Shown piece after piece: positions 1 through 9,594 of a stretch of DNA of 60,755 nucleotides; the first letter of the stretch is position 1; every line of letters begins with the position of its first letter. Made by a program: the position numbers and the translations under genes. Origin of the DNA: a bacterium (GTDB lineage Bacteria; Chloroflexota; Dormibacteria; Aeolococcales; Aeolococcaceae); the NCBI GenBank assembly GCA_014874355.1, contig JACWAJ010000065.1, positions 1-60,755 on the forward strand. Reading direction: 5' to 3'. Under the pieces are notes generated by a model. The model did no database searches and was not told the DNA's origin. It worked only from the letters and a program-made list of their open reading frames with translations.

Positions 1-230
1 CGCTTGTCGCACTTGCCGTGCTTGCCGGCATGGTGGCCTGTGGTGGGCAGTCACCCGGTGCGTCGGGGACGCCCACGGCCAAGCCGTCCCCAACCCCCAA
101 ACCGGAGCCTCTTGCCTTGTGCGTTCGCACAGATGGTGGTTTACGTGGCATGATGGCGGCGCGTACCATAGCCGCGTCCGAGTACTGTCCTGCCTACGTT
201 GCAGCCAAGTCTTTAGTTATGACGCCGTGA
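1..230 (+). CDS. Partial small lipoprotein-like ORF (5' end outside the window)
   Basis: Frame open from the window edge: hydrophobic LVALAVLAGMVA-C lipobox-like motif, then an S/P/T-rich linker; its TGA overlaps a GTG of the next ORF. Confidence 0.4.
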   Translation, partial: LVALAVLAGMVACGGQSPGASGTPTAKPSPTPKPEPLALCVRTDGGLRGMMAARTIAASEYCPAYVAAKSLVMTP

Positions 231-952
231 AGATCACCACTCAGAACGACACGCTATTGGAGAGCAGCGCCGACATTGTCGGTTGGGCGGTTGATGCACC
301 GCCTAAGCAGTCGAAGCCGGTGCCCTCGAAACAGGCTCGCGGGTTCCTTGCGGCGGCTTTGGGCGTACCCGTCGAGGCGCTTGCCGGGCTCAGTGACAGC
401 CATGTGGAAGTTGCCGTGTCGCGCTTGCGCAGTCTTGCCGACCAGTGTCGTAGTCTAGCCGCAGAGGTGACTGTCGATGAGTTGACGGGGGTGTTGCGAC
501 GTGGTGCTGGGCTGCTCGCCCTGCAGCGTGAGATCGATCGCGGCTGGCGTTCGCCAGGCCGCGGCACCGTGGTCGTGTTCATCGATGCCGACGGGCTGAA
601 GGCCGTGAACGACACGCGGGGCCATGCTGCCGGCGACAGGTTCTTGCTGGATGTCATCGCAACTTTGCGGGGCCGGCTGCGCTCTTACGACATCATCGCC
701 CGCTACGGTGGTGACGAGTTCTTCTGCGTGCTCATCAATGTCGAGGTGGGATTTGTCGAGCGTCTCATGGAGGAGGTCCAGCAACGTATCCGCCAGCGTA
801 CCTACGGCTTGTCGGTGAGCGTGGGGATGTCGGCCGTGATGCCGGATGACGATGCACAGTCGGTCGTGTCGCGTGCCGATCAGTGCCTCTATGCGGTGCG
901 GCGAACTACGGTGGGCAGTCCTCAGGCGTGCGACGTGCCCTCCCGCCCGTAG
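227..952 (+). CDS. GGDEF-domain diguanylate cyclase (start uncertain; frame is open further upstream)
   Basis: DELTG, FIDADGLKAVNDTRGHAAGD, RSYD I-site, RYGGDEF, RADQCLY. Confidence 0.85.
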   Translation: MKITTQNDTLLESSADIVGWAVDAPPKQSKPVPSKQARGFLAAALGVPVEALAGLSDSHVEVAVSRLRSLADQCRSLAAEVTVDELTGVLRRGAGLLALQREIDRGWRSPGRGTVVVFIDADGLKAVNDTRGHAAGDRFLLDVIATLRGRLRSYDIIARYGGDEFFCVLINVEVGFVERLMEEVQQRIRQRTYGLSVSVGMSAVMPDDDAQSVVSRADQCLYAVRRTTVGSPQACDVPSRP

Positions 953-1323
953 TCGTCCTCGAGCCGGACGATGTCGTCGATCTCTGGCGACGAGACCTCG
1001 AAGAGGTCGACGTCTTCGACGGCCACGAAACGATGCCGGAAGCCAGGACGGATGTGGGCGCTCATGCCGGCGTCGAGACGGTGGGTCTCAAGTTGACCAT
1101 GGGTGTTCTCGAGGACTAGATCGAGAACACCCGATTGGACGAAGATGCTCTCATCCTTCTCGACGTGGTACTGAAGACTGAGCTGGTGTCCCTGGTTGAC
1201 GTGGATGAGTTTGCCGAGATAACGGTCGGTGATGGCCCAGCGCAGCTCGTAACCCCAGGGCTTGTTGACGCAGCCGGTACCTGCCGCCGAAACGGCGTTC
1301 GAATCCGAGAGGGCGGGCATCAA
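922..1323 (-). CDS. Cupin protein (mannose-6-phosphate isomerase C-terminal type)
   Basis: KPWGYE, LSLQYH..KDES, HRF..EVSSPE..DIVRLEDDYGR; in an operon with PMM and GMP transferase. Confidence 0.85.
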   Translation of the reverse strand: MMPALSDSNAVSAAGTGCVNKPWGYELRWAITDRYLGKLIHVNQGHQLSLQYHVEKDESIFVQSGVLDLVLENTHGQLETHRLDAGMSAHIRPGFRHRFVAVEDVDLFEVSSPEIDDIVRLEDDYGREGTSHA

Positions 1324-2777
1324 GCCGTCGCTCCTGCCGGTGGGGCGGTGACTCCAACGCGTTCTTCGAGCGCAGCGAGCAGTTCCTTGACCCTCTGGGG
1401 ATCAGGTGCCTCGCTGTAGATGCGCATCAGCGGCTCGGTACCGCTCATTCGCAGGAGCACCCATGAGCCGTCGTCGAGGTAGAACTTGAAACCGTCGTCG
1501 GTTCGGGTGCGTACCACTTGGCTGCCGGCAATTTGTGACGGCATATCCGACTCCATCGAGGCATAGACGCGGGCTTTGCGCTGCGCATAGCCGTCGCGCT
1601 CGAACCGGATGTCGTGCCGGTCATAGGACCACTTTCCGACCAGCTCGGTGAGGTGTTCGATGACCTTGGACAGCGGCCGCTCGTATGCGATCACCATCTC
1701 CGCCACGATCAAACCCGCCAGGACGCCGTCGCGTTCGGGCAGATGTCCACGGAAGGCAAACCCGCCCGACTCCTCGGCCCCGAAAAGTGCGTTGGTCTCA
1801 GTCATCTTGGTTCCGATGTACTTGAAACCAACCGGTGTCTCGTGGCAGGGCACGCCAAAGCGCTGCGCCAGGAGGTCGAGCATTCCCGTTGACGTCAGCG
1901 AGCGGACCAGATCGCCCCTCTCGCCGCGCTTCTCCAACAAGTACATGGCGAAGAGCGCTGCAACCTCGAGTTGGTTTACAAAGCGACCGCGCTCATCGAT
2001 GACGCCGACGCGGTCGGCATCGCCGTCGTTGGCTATACAGAGATCGTGACCGCCGTTGGCCATCACCGCGAGCGCCTGCGGCATGTAGCGGGCGATGGGC
2101 TCGGGATGCATGCCTCCGAAGCCGGGGTTGCGCTCGGCGTGGAGTTCGTCGACCACCGTGCGGCCTCCCTCCAGTGGGGCGCGCATCAGGCCGCGGCCGG
2201 CGCCGTACATCGCCTCGTGCAGCAACCTCAGGCCGGCTCCCCGGATGCGGGGCAGGTCGACCATTGTGCCGAGCTGGGCGAGGTAGTCGGGGGTCGGGTC
2301 GACCATAGCGATCAAACCGGACTGCTCGGCATCGGGCCAGCTCATGGCGGTGACGGTGTTGTTGTCGAGCGCGGCGTTGGAGTACTTCTCGATCTCGGCG
2401 ACCACCTCGGGTGGGGCGGAGCCTCCGAAGTCGGGCTTGTACTTGAGGCCGTTGAACTCGGAGGGATTGTGGCTGGCGGTGACGACGATGGCGCCGGCCG
2501 CTTTGCGCTGCACGACCGTCCAGCACGCTGACGGGGTTGGCGTGACACGGTCGAGCAGTAGCACCGACCGGCCGTTGGCGGCCAGAACCCGGGCGACCTC
2601 ACGCGCGAAGAGTTCGGCGGAGAACCGCGCGTCGTGGCCTACAACGATGGGGCGGGGGTCATTTGCCAGGTAGCGGGCTACGCCCTGGGCGACGGCGCGA
2701 ACCCGTTCGTATGTGAAATCGTCGGCGATGACGGCGCGCCATCCGTCGGTGCCGAAACTGATTGGGGGATTGGACAT
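1320..2777 (-). CDS. Phosphoglucomutase/phosphomannomutase family
   Basis: FGTDGWR, TASHNP phosphoserine loop, DGDADR metal loop, RMSGTEP; start moved to ATG 2777. Confidence 0.95.
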   Translation of the reverse strand: MSNPPISFGTDGWRAVIADDFTYERVRAVAQGVARYLANDPRPIVVGHDARFSAELFAREVARVLAANGRSVLLLDRVTPTPSACWTVVQRKAAGAIVVTASHNPSEFNGLKYKPDFGGSAPPEVVAEIEKYSNAALDNNTVTAMSWPDAEQSGLIAMVDPTPDYLAQLGTMVDLPRIRGAGLRLLHEAMYGAGRGLMRAPLEGGRTVVDELHAERNPGFGGMHPEPIARYMPQALAVMANGGHDLCIANDGDADRVGVIDERGRFVNQLEVAALFAMYLLEKRGERGDLVRSLTSTGMLDLLAQRFGVPCHETPVGFKYIGTKMTETNALFGAEESGGFAFRGHLPERDGVLAGLIVAEMVIAYERPLSKVIEHLTELVGKWSYDRHDIRFERDGYAQRKARVYASMESDMPSQIAGSQVVRTRTDDGFKFYLDDGSWVLLRMSGTEPLMRIYSEAPDPQRVKELLAALEERVGVTAPPAGATA

Positions 2778-2800
2778 GATGGAGCAATTGTGCCGCAGTG

Positions 2801-3946
2801 TCACACCAAGTCGCTGCGGCCGTCGGCTTTGAGGCGGTTGACGATCTCCTTGACCGCTTGTGCGCGATCGGTGGGAACGACCAGGACCGCGTCGCCGGTG
2901 TCGACGATGGTGAGGTTGGAGACGCCCACCACGGCCACCAGGCGGCCGCCCCGTGACGAAACCAGGCAGTTATGGCTGTCCAGCGCCATGCCGTCGCCCT
3001 CGATGATGTTTCCCGATGCGTCGGCGTGGCCGCCGTCGCGTCGCGCCGCTGCGAGGTCGCACCAGGTGCCGAGGTCGGACCAGGAGAAAGTGGCCGAAAC
3101 CACGGTCAACTGCGACGTCCGCTCGAACACGAGAGGCTCGACGGCGACACTTTCTAAATTCGCGTAGAGGGCCGCAGCAGCCGGCTCGTCGCCAGTGCGG
3201 CGGGCTTCGACGACGCGACCAAGGGCGGTGTCGAGGCCTGCGTCGGCTTGGCGCAGCTCGTCCAGAAAAGTACGAGCCGGCCAGGCGAAGAGCCCGAGGT
3301 TCCAGAGATGCCGGCCGTCGCTGACAAAGCGTTCGGCTGTGCTCACCTCTGGCTTCTCGTGAAAGCCGAGGGCTACGTGCGCCCCCAGGCCGGCTGCTGC
3401 CTTCGCCAGAGCCGGCTCAGAGTCGGTACGGCCGGCGGGGCGCCACTCGGCTGCCTCCCGCCGCTCACCCAGTTCGATGTAGCCAAGGCCGGTTGCGGGG
3501 TATGTCGGGGTAATGCCCACCGTTGCCAGTCCACCCGTGCGCTCCGCCCAGCCGGCGGCGGCGTAGACCGCGGCTCGGTAGGCTTCGACGTCGCCCACGT
3601 GGTGGTCCGCATGTACCGAGCAGATGACCGCCTGCGGGTCGGCATCGGCAATCCAACGCGTCGCCAGACCCAGCGCCGGTCCGGTGCCTCGTGCCTGTGG
3701 TTCGGCGATGATGTTGGCGGCCGAAAGGCCGAGGCCTGCAACCGCTTCGAGGCACATCTCCGCCTGGCATGCGGCGGTGACGATATGAACCGAGTCCCCG
3801 ATGCCGAGGACTCGTGAAACCGTGTCTCGCAGCAGGCTTTGGCCTGTGGCGCCGAGCAGCAGCAGGTGTTTGGGTACGGCCTGCCGTGACAGCGGCCACA
3901 ATCGAGTACCGCTGCCCCCCGCCAGGACAAGTATGTGCAGGCCCAT
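2801..3946 (-). CDS. manC: Mannose-1-phosphate guanylyltransferase
   Basis: LAGGSGTRLWPLSR..PK, ADH, TGLGYI, FHEKP, WSDLGTW. Confidence 0.92.
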   Translation of the reverse strand: MGLHILVLAGGSGTRLWPLSRQAVPKHLLLLGATGQSLLRDTVSRVLGIGDSVHIVTAACQAEMCLEAVAGLGLSAANIIAEPQARGTGPALGLATRWIADADPQAVICSVHADHHVGDVEAYRAAVYAAAGWAERTGGLATVGITPTYPATGLGYIELGERREAAEWRPAGRTDSEPALAKAAAGLGAHVALGFHEKPEVSTAERFVSDGRHLWNLGLFAWPARTFLDELRQADAGLDTALGRVVEARRTGDEPAAAALYANLESVAVEPLVFERTSQLTVVSATFSWSDLGTWCDLAAARRDGGHADASGNIIEGDGMALDSHNCLVSSRGGRLVAVVGVSNLTIVDTGDAVLVVPTDRAQAVKEIVNRLKADGRSDLV

Positions 3947-3955
3947 GGCCTCAGA

Positions 3956-5176
3956 TCATGCCCTAGATACGGCTGCTTGGGTTGTGGGTGAGTGATTCCC
4001 GAGGACAGGCACCGTGAGCATCTGTGTGCTCGCCTCTTCGGCCAGCAACGCCGCTCTGTCGGTGCGTTCCCAGGGGAGATCCAGGTCGCTGCGTCCGAAG
4101 TGACCGAAAGCTGCCACCTGCTGGTAGATCGGTCGGCGCAGTTCGAGCGCGCCGATGATTCCGGCCGGCGAAAGATCGAAGTGGCGGTCGACGAGCCGGA
4201 CGATTTCCGACACAGGGATGGTTTCGGTGCCGAAGGTTTCGACGAAGATCGAAATCGGCTTGACCACGCCGATGGCGTAGGCGAGTTGAATCTCACACTT
4301 GGTGGCGAGCCCCGCGGCAACGAGGTTCTTGGCCACCCATCTCGCGCCATAGGCCGCGCTGCGGTCGACTTTGGTCGGATCCTTGCCGCTGAAAGCGCCG
4401 CCGCCGTGGCGGGCATAGCCGCCGTAGGTGTCGACGATGATCTTGCGGCCGGTGAGCCCGGCATCGCCTTGCGGGCCGCCCACGACAAATCGACCGGTGG
4501 GGTTCACGTAGCGTCGGGTCTGCGCATCGAGCCACTCGGCGGGGATGACCTCGTCGACGACATGCTTCTGGACGTCGTCGAAGATTTGCTCTGGAGAGAC
4601 GTCTTCAGAGTGCTGCACGGAAATCAGAATGGTGTCGACACGCAGCGGTCGTCCGAGGTCGTCGTATTCCACGGTGACCTGGGTCTTGCCGTCGGGCCGG
4701 GCCCAGCGCAAGATGCTCCGGCGCCGCTGCTGGCTGAGGCGTTGCGCCAGCCGGTGTGCCAGTTGGATCGGGGCCGGCATCAGTTCGGGGGTTTCGTCAC
4801 AGGCGAATCCGAACATCATTCCCTGGTCGCCGGCTCCGCCCCGGTTGACTCCCACTGCGATGTCGGGGGACTGCTCATCGATGCAGACGAGCACGCCGCA
4901 GGTTTCGTAGTCAAAGCCGTACTTGGCGCGCGTGTAGCCCACGTCGCGGATGGTCTTACGGACGATCCCCGGCACGTCTACGTAGGCGTCGGTCGAGATC
5001 TCTCCGAAAATGAGCGCGGTGCCGGTTGTCAGCGCCGTTTCACACGCGACGCGCCCGAGTGGATCCTTTTCGAGAACGGCGTCGAGGACGGCGTCTGAGA
5101 TCTGGTCGGCGATCTTGTCGGGATGACCCTCGGTCACCGATTCCGACGTGAAGATACGGCGGTCGTGAGATGCCAT
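3956..5176 (-). CDS. metK: S-adenosylmethionine synthetase
   Basis: [35 protein letters not shown]; AAGGAG RBS before ATG 5176. Confidence 0.98.
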   Translation of the reverse strand: MASHDRRIFTSESVTEGHPDKIADQISDAVLDAVLEKDPLGRVACETALTTGTALIFGEISTDAYVDVPGIVRKTIRDVGYTRAKYGFDYETCGVLVCIDEQSPDIAVGVNRGGAGDQGMMFGFACDETPELMPAPIQLAHRLAQRLSQQRRRSILRWARPDGKTQVTVEYDDLGRPLRVDTILISVQHSEDVSPEQIFDDVQKHVVDEVIPAEWLDAQTRRYVNPTGRFVVGGPQGDAGLTGRKIIVDTYGGYARHGGGAFSGKDPTKVDRSAAYGARWVAKNLVAAGLATKCEIQLAYAIGVVKPISIFVETFGTETIPVSEIVRLVDRHFDLSPAGIIGALELRRPIYQQVAAFGHFGRSDLDLPWERTDRAALLAEEASTQMLTVPVLGNHSPTTQAAVSRA

Positions 5177-5251
5177 TGTGCGAACTCCTTGCCCCATCGG
5201 CGGCCACCATGACGCCTGTGCGGCACGGCCCACTCCTATCCAGGGTGCCTA

Positions 5252-5266
5252 GAGAGTACTACTCTC
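5252..5266. promoter_or_regulatory. Perfect palindrome GAGAGTA-C-TACTCTC upstream of metK, candidate operator
   Basis: 7-1-7 inverted repeat about 75 nt upstream of the metK start, overlapping a TACTCT -10-like hexamer on the minus strand. Confidence 0.45.
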
Positions 5267-5376
5267 CGGCCAGGGAATGGACATGAATGCACTTGCATAA
5301 GGGGGCGCGGGCGAGACGCGAAAAGGCCGGCGTGAATTCGCGGCCACCACGACTTTGTGGTGATACGGCAGGATTC

Positions 5377-5405
5377 GTGCAAGCCGAGCCCAGAATGTGT
5401 AGTGT
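5377..5405 (+). promoter_or_regulatory. Sigma70-type promoter for the zinc-ribbon operon
   Basis: GTGCAA-N17-TAGTGT with upstream TG dinucleotides. Confidence 0.45.
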
Positions 5406-5467
5406 TAGCAATACGTATCACTGACCCGGGCGGCCAAACAGTTCGTCCCGGTGGAGGACTTTGGCAG

Positions 5468-5779
5468 GTGCCCGTAGATCAGACCCTTCGTTGCCGCGAG
5501 TGCGGTGTTGACTTCATTTGGACGGAAGGCGAGCAGGAATTTTTCGCATCCCGTGGCTTGACCAATCCGCCGTCGCGGTGTCCCAGTTGCCGCTCGGCTC
5601 GCCGTGCTTCGGGAAGTGGCGGTGGTGGCGGTGGTGGCGGCTACGCACGTTCGTCGGCTCCACGTCAGATGTATGAGGTTCCTTGCGCAGGCTGTGGCAA
5701 CACCGCACGCGTGCCGTTCCAGCCGCGGGGCGACCGTCCTGTGTACTGCTCTGACTGCTTCCGGCCGAGTGGTCGATGA
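5468..5779 (+). CDS. Zinc-ribbon protein (CxxC...CxxC, Gly linker, CxxC-x17-CxxC domain)
   Basis: CRECG..F.WTEGEQEFF..RCPSCR, poly-Gly, CAGCG..VPFQP...PVYCSDCF; GGAGGA RBS before GTG 5468. Confidence 0.9.
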   Translation: MPVDQTLRCRECGVDFIWTEGEQEFFASRGLTNPPSRCPSCRSARRASGSGGGGGGGGYARSSAPRQMYEVPCAGCGNTARVPFQPRGDRPVYCSDCFRPSGR

Positions 5780-6057
5780 CATCTGAGGCGGAGAGTTCCG
5801 TCATCACGATCGGTACGCGGGTCACGTTTCCCTATGGGGGCAGCCGGCGTACTGGGACGGTGTCGGACGTATCTGAGTTGCCCAACCCGTCAGGCGGCAG
5901 TCAGACTGCCTACCTGATCGACGTGGGACAGCGCAAGATCTTCGTCCAAGGCGATGGTGTGACACTTGCCAGCACCGCATCGACATCCGCGTTCGACGCG
6001 GTTGCCGAAGGCGTGGCATATGGGCGCAAGCGTCCGCGTAACCCGAGGCGTCGCTGA
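5776..6057 (+). CDS. Small hypothetical protein, possibly SH3/Tudor-like beta barrel with basic tail
   Basis: ATGA overlap with the upstream gene, followed by a terminator; IGTRVTFP..GTV..YLIDV pattern. Confidence 0.65.
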   Translation: MTSEAESSVITIGTRVTFPYGGSRRTGTVSDVSELPNPSGGSQTAYLIDVGQRKIFVQGDGVTLASTASTSAFDAVAEGVAYGRKRPRNPRRR

Positions 6058-6062
6058 CGCTC

Positions 6063-6704
6063 TCAATCTGGTTCTGTGGGCCGTCCCTTCGGGGGCGGCC
6101 CTTTTTTTTCGGCACGGTGGCGTCGCCACATGCCACGCCCAATCCATACCACTCCGACCAGCACGACGAGGGCCAGGCCGCCATAGCCGGTCCGGCCGAG
6201 CAGCCGGTCGGCGGCATCGAGATTCTGGCCGACGAGTAGCCCCACGATGCAGACGGTGGCCACCCAGACGCCCCCTCCGGCGGCATTGGCTATGAAAAAG
6301 CGGCCCCACGGCATGCGGTGCATGCCTGCGAGCGGCCCGGCGAAGATGCGCAGTAGTGCCACGAACCGGCCAAAGAAGACCGCCGTCCAGCCGTGGCGCG
6401 CGAAGAACGCCTCGGCGGTGGCAACATGCTCCGGCTTGTAGATACGGCGCAATCGGGGCATTGCCAGGAGGCGCTGGCCACAGCGTCGGCCCACGGAGTA
6501 CCCGATGTTGTCGCCGATCACCGCACCCATCCAACCAAGGCCGGCGACGACCAGTAAGTTCAAATGTCCGGTGCCGGCCAGAACTGCGCCTACCAGGAGC
6601 GCGGTCTCACCGGGGATAGGTATGCCCATGGATTCGACCATGACGCCGAGAAACACGACGACATAGCCGTAGCGGGTGCCAAGTTCCAGCAACCATTCGA
6701 GCAC
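6063..6704 (-). CDS. DedA family membrane protein
   Basis: ES.GIPIPGE, GAVIGDNIGY..GR, F.RHG...VFFGRFVALLR. Confidence 0.93.
   Translation of the reverse strand: MLEWLLELGTRYGYVVVFLGVMVESMGIPIPGETALLVGAVLAGTGHLNLLVVAGLGWMGAVIGDNIGYSVGRRCGQRLLAMPRLRRIYKPEHVATAEAFFARHGWTAVFFGRFVALLRIFAGPLAGMHRMPWGRFFIANAAGGGVWVATVCIVGLLVGQNLDAADRLLGRTGYGGLALVVLVGVVWIGRGMWRRHRAEKKGPPPKGRPTEPD
6078..6109 (+). terminator. Intrinsic terminator
   Basis: GGGCCGTCCC-TTCG-GGGGCGGCCC followed by T8. Confidence 0.85.
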
Positions 6705-6729
6705 GGTGGTCGCAGTCTAGATGCGGTGG

Positions 6730-6945
6730 CCGGTTCAATGTCCGCTGGGGAGAGACCTCTCGAGCGTGGGCTGCGGCCACCGCAATCCGGTCGCTCTTCC
6801 AGTACGAGAGGGCGTTGATCCCGATGGCTAGGACGGCGGCTATCAGGAGACCCGTCGTGTGACCCACGAAGTAGCCGACGACCAGAAAGAGGCCGTCGAG
6901 GAGTCCGAGCAGTGCGGCGGTCTTGACGGTGCTGATGTTGAACAT
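6730..6945 (-). pseudogene. htpX: Truncated N-terminal fragment of HtpX-like zinc metalloprotease
   Basis: KTAALLGLL...SYWKSDRIAV...AREV resembles the HtpX N-terminus; similarity ends after about 70 aa and there is no HEXXH. Confidence 0.7.
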
Positions 6946-6985
6946 GCGGAGAGCGTACCCCGAAAGGCGGAATTTCGAGAGTCTC

Positions 6986-8542
6986 CTAAGTCGGGAATAC
7001 TCCGTGGTGGCGTGCGATATTTGCGCGGTGGCGCGAGGCATACATGCCGAGCCTTTTCACCAGCTCTTCCCGCAGTTCGGTCGGCGGCACCACCGCGTCG
7101 ACGACCATCTCCGAAGCCAGGTGGAAGATGTCGATGTCTTCGCGATATTCGTCCTGGAGTTGGCGAACGTAAGCCTCGCGTTCTGCCTCGGGCAACTCTT
7201 GAATCTTGTTGTAGTAGACGGCGTTGATTGCGGCTTCGGGGCCCATCACGGCGATCTGCGCCAAGGGCAGGGCCAGTGTGCAGTCGGGCTCGAAGGCGGG
7301 ACCACTCATGGCGTACAGGCCGGCTCCATACGCCTTGCGCAGGATGACGCAGATCCTGGGGACACCTGCCTGCGCCAACGCGGAGATCATCTTGGCGCCG
7401 TGGCGGATGATGCCCTGCCGTTCCACCGCCGTGCCGATCATGAAGCCGGGAACGTCGGCCAGCCACACCAGCGGGATGTTGAACGCATCGCAGCACATCA
7501 CAAACCTGGTTGCCTTGTCGGCGGAGTCGACGAAGAGGACGCCGCCCTTGAAGCGTGGCTGTGACGCCACGATGCCGACTGTACGGCCGTCGATTCGGGC
7601 AAGTCCCGTGACCAGTTCGCGCGCGAACAGTCGCTTGATCTCGAAGAACGAATCCGCATCGATCAGCCCCGCGACAATCTTCATGACGTCATAGCCTCGG
7701 GCCGGCTCGGGGGGGATGACGCTTTCGATGTGGTCAGAGTCCGCTGGGGGAACGGGTGTCGCCGGCGGCGGGGTCTCCTGCCAGTTGGCGGGCATGTATC
7801 CGAGGTACTGTCGTGCCGAATTGATGGCTGCTTCCTCGTCTGGGACGAGGACATCGCCGCAGCCGCTCACCGAGCAGTGCATTCGCGCGCCGCCCATCTC
7901 CTCGAGGCTGACCTTCTCACCGACGACGACCTCCGCCATGCGGGGTGAGCCGAGGTACATCGAGGCATTGCCCTCGACCATGATGACGACGTCGCAGAAC
8001 GAGGGGATGTAGGCACCACCTGCCGCTGACGGCCCGAAGAGCACGCAAACCTGCGGCACCTGTCCGGACAGCCGGACCTGCATGTGGAAGATCCGGCCGG
8101 CATGGCGACGTCCGGGGAACATCGCCACCTGATCGGTGATGCGCGCTCCCGCCGAGTCGACTAGGTAGACGAGGGGGATCTGCAAGCGCTCCGCGGTCTC
8201 CTGGATGCGTACGATCTTCTCAACACAACGTGCCCCCCACGAACCCGCCTTGACGGTGGGGTCGTTGGCCATAACCGCGCAGGGCCGGTTGTGGAGAATT
8301 CCGATGCCGGTGACGACGCCGTCGGCGGGCAGGTCGGGGGCGCCGGAATTCGCGAGCAGGCCGTCTTCAACGAAAGCCGTGCCAGTGTCGAAGAGGCGCG
8401 TGATGCGTTCGCGTACCTCGAACTTGTGCTGTTCTAGGAGCTTGGCCCTGGCCTTGGCGGAGCCGCCGGCGCGCGCACGATCAAGGCGTGTGGCCACCTC
8501 GGCGGCATCATGGCTTGGGATCGGCGGTTTGGAATGGGTCAC
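6986..8542 (-). CDS. Acyl-CoA carboxylase carboxyltransferase (methylcrotonyl-CoA carboxylase beta-like)
   Basis: DPTVKAGSWG, DSAGAR, AGGAY, GGARMH, DVPGFMIG, RKAYGAG; CAGGAG RBS before GTG 8542. Confidence 0.93.
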   Translation of the reverse strand: MTHSKPPIPSHDAAEVATRLDRARAGGSAKARAKLLEQHKFEVRERITRLFDTGTAFVEDGLLANSGAPDLPADGVVTGIGILHNRPCAVMANDPTVKAGSWGARCVEKIVRIQETAERLQIPLVYLVDSAGARITDQVAMFPGRRHAGRIFHMQVRLSGQVPQVCVLFGPSAAGGAYIPSFCDVVIMVEGNASMYLGSPRMAEVVVGEKVSLEEMGGARMHCSVSGCGDVLVPDEEAAINSARQYLGYMPANWQETPPPATPVPPADSDHIESVIPPEPARGYDVMKIVAGLIDADSFFEIKRLFARELVTGLARIDGRTVGIVASQPRFKGGVLFVDSADKATRFVMCCDAFNIPLVWLADVPGFMIGTAVERQGIIRHGAKMISALAQAGVPRICVILRKAYGAGLYAMSGPAFEPDCTLALPLAQIAVMGPEAAINAVYYNKIQELPEAEREAYVRQLQDEYREDIDIFHLASEMVVDAVVPPTELREELVKRLGMYASRHRANIARHHGVFPT

Positions 8543-8562
8543 CGTGCTCTCCTGGATCCGAC

Positions 8563-9516
8563 TTAGTTGGACCCGGGCCACAGCCCGGCACGGTACAGCT
8601 TACCGGGGAGGTCGTGACCGAGATCGGTGGCGAGTTGCCGGCTCACGGCGCAGTACCGCGACAAGTCGGCACCAATGATGGCGCCGAGTGCCAGCAGCGC
8701 GGCGAGGGCATCCTCGGAACAGACGTTGCCGGTCGAGCGTGGCGCGAAGGGACAGCCTCCGAGACCACCGGCGGAACCGTCGAAACGGTCGATGCCGGCC
8801 TCGTAGGCGGCGACGACGTTGGCAACGCCAAGGCCGCGAGTGTCGTGCAGATGGAGGCTCAACCGGTCCTGAGGCACGACACCTGCGAGGCGCTTACAGA
8901 TGTTGCGGACCGAGGCAGGTGTTGCCACCCCGATGGTGTCGGCAACGCTTACTTCGGATGCGCCAAGGGCCACGATACGGGCGCAAAGGTCGACCACCCG
9001 CTGTGGCTGTACGGGTCCGTCGAAGGGACAACCGAAGGCGACCGAGAGGGCGACGTCCACCCGGCATCCCGATGCGGTTGCGGCGCCCACGAGGGTTTGC
9101 AGTTCAGTCATGGAGGCTTCGACCGTGCGGTTGACGTTGCGCCGGTTGAAGCTGTCGGTGGCACCTACGGTGAACACGACGTTGGTGACGCCATTCTCCA
9201 AAGCTCGTTCCAGGCCCTTGAAATTGGGGATCAGAACTCGCATTTTGGCCTTGTCAGAGCTGTCGAATGCGGCCAGAACCTCGGCGGCGTCGCTCAGTTG
9301 CGGCACCCATTTGGGGGACACGAAAGAGGTCACCTCAACCTGGGGCACGCCGGTCTCGAGCAGGCCGCGAACTAGGCGAATCTTGGCCTGCGTGCCCACG
9401 GGTTCGCTGATGTTCTGCAGCCCGTCGCGTGGCGCAACGTCGGTCCAGATGACTTGGCGCGTACCTTGCGGAGAGCCGGCCGGCCGGCCGGCTGCGGGTT
9501 GTGGCGAGGTGGCTAT
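8563..9516 (-). CDS. Hydroxymethylglutaryl-CoA lyase (probable non-canonical start)
   Basis: In-frame DVAPRDGLQN lies upstream of the tracked GTG 9399; HLHDTRG, GLGGCPFAP, GNV.SED. Confidence 0.88.
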   Translation of the reverse strand: MATSPQPAAGRPAGSPQGTRQVIWTDVAPRDGLQNISEPVGTQAKIRLVRGLLETGVPQVEVTSFVSPKWVPQLSDAAEVLAAFDSSDKAKMRVLIPNFKGLERALENGVTNVVFTVGATDSFNRRNVNRTVEASMTELQTLVGAATASGCRVDVALSVAFGCPFDGPVQPQRVVDLCARIVALGASEVSVADTIGVATPASVRNICKRLAGVVPQDRLSLHLHDTRGLGVANVVAAYEAGIDRFDGSAGGLGGCPFAPRSTGNVCSEDALAALLALGAIIGADLSRYCAVSRQLATDLGHDLPGKLYRAGLWPGSN

Positions 9517-9594
9517 GACATGTCCTCTAAAATCGATAGCGTGTCACGTTTCAGTCTACGTCGCTTTGTTGCCGATACCTTCGAAGGTGCAGAT

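Noticed and set aside
113-205. C..H.W...CxxC zinc-finger-like N-terminal extension of the GGDEF protein
   Set aside because: Overlaps the lipoprotein-like ORF in another frame and cannot be resolved at the window edge
3373-5098. Long alternative-frame and antisense ORFs (e.g. 3373-4488, 3992-5098, 21416-22573, 31881-33113, 39398-40684, 48035-49360)
   Set aside because: Shadow ORFs expected in high-GC DNA, overlapping well-supported genes and lacking motifs
5177-5340. SAM riboswitch upstream of metK
   Set aside because: No SAM-I core (ATC.AGAG...GCAACC...GTGC) on the coding strand and no terminator
9476-9493. GCCG tetranucleotide run as a phase-variation switch for HMG-CoA lyase
   Set aside because: Changing the unit number does not reach a usable upstream start; the other frames have stops
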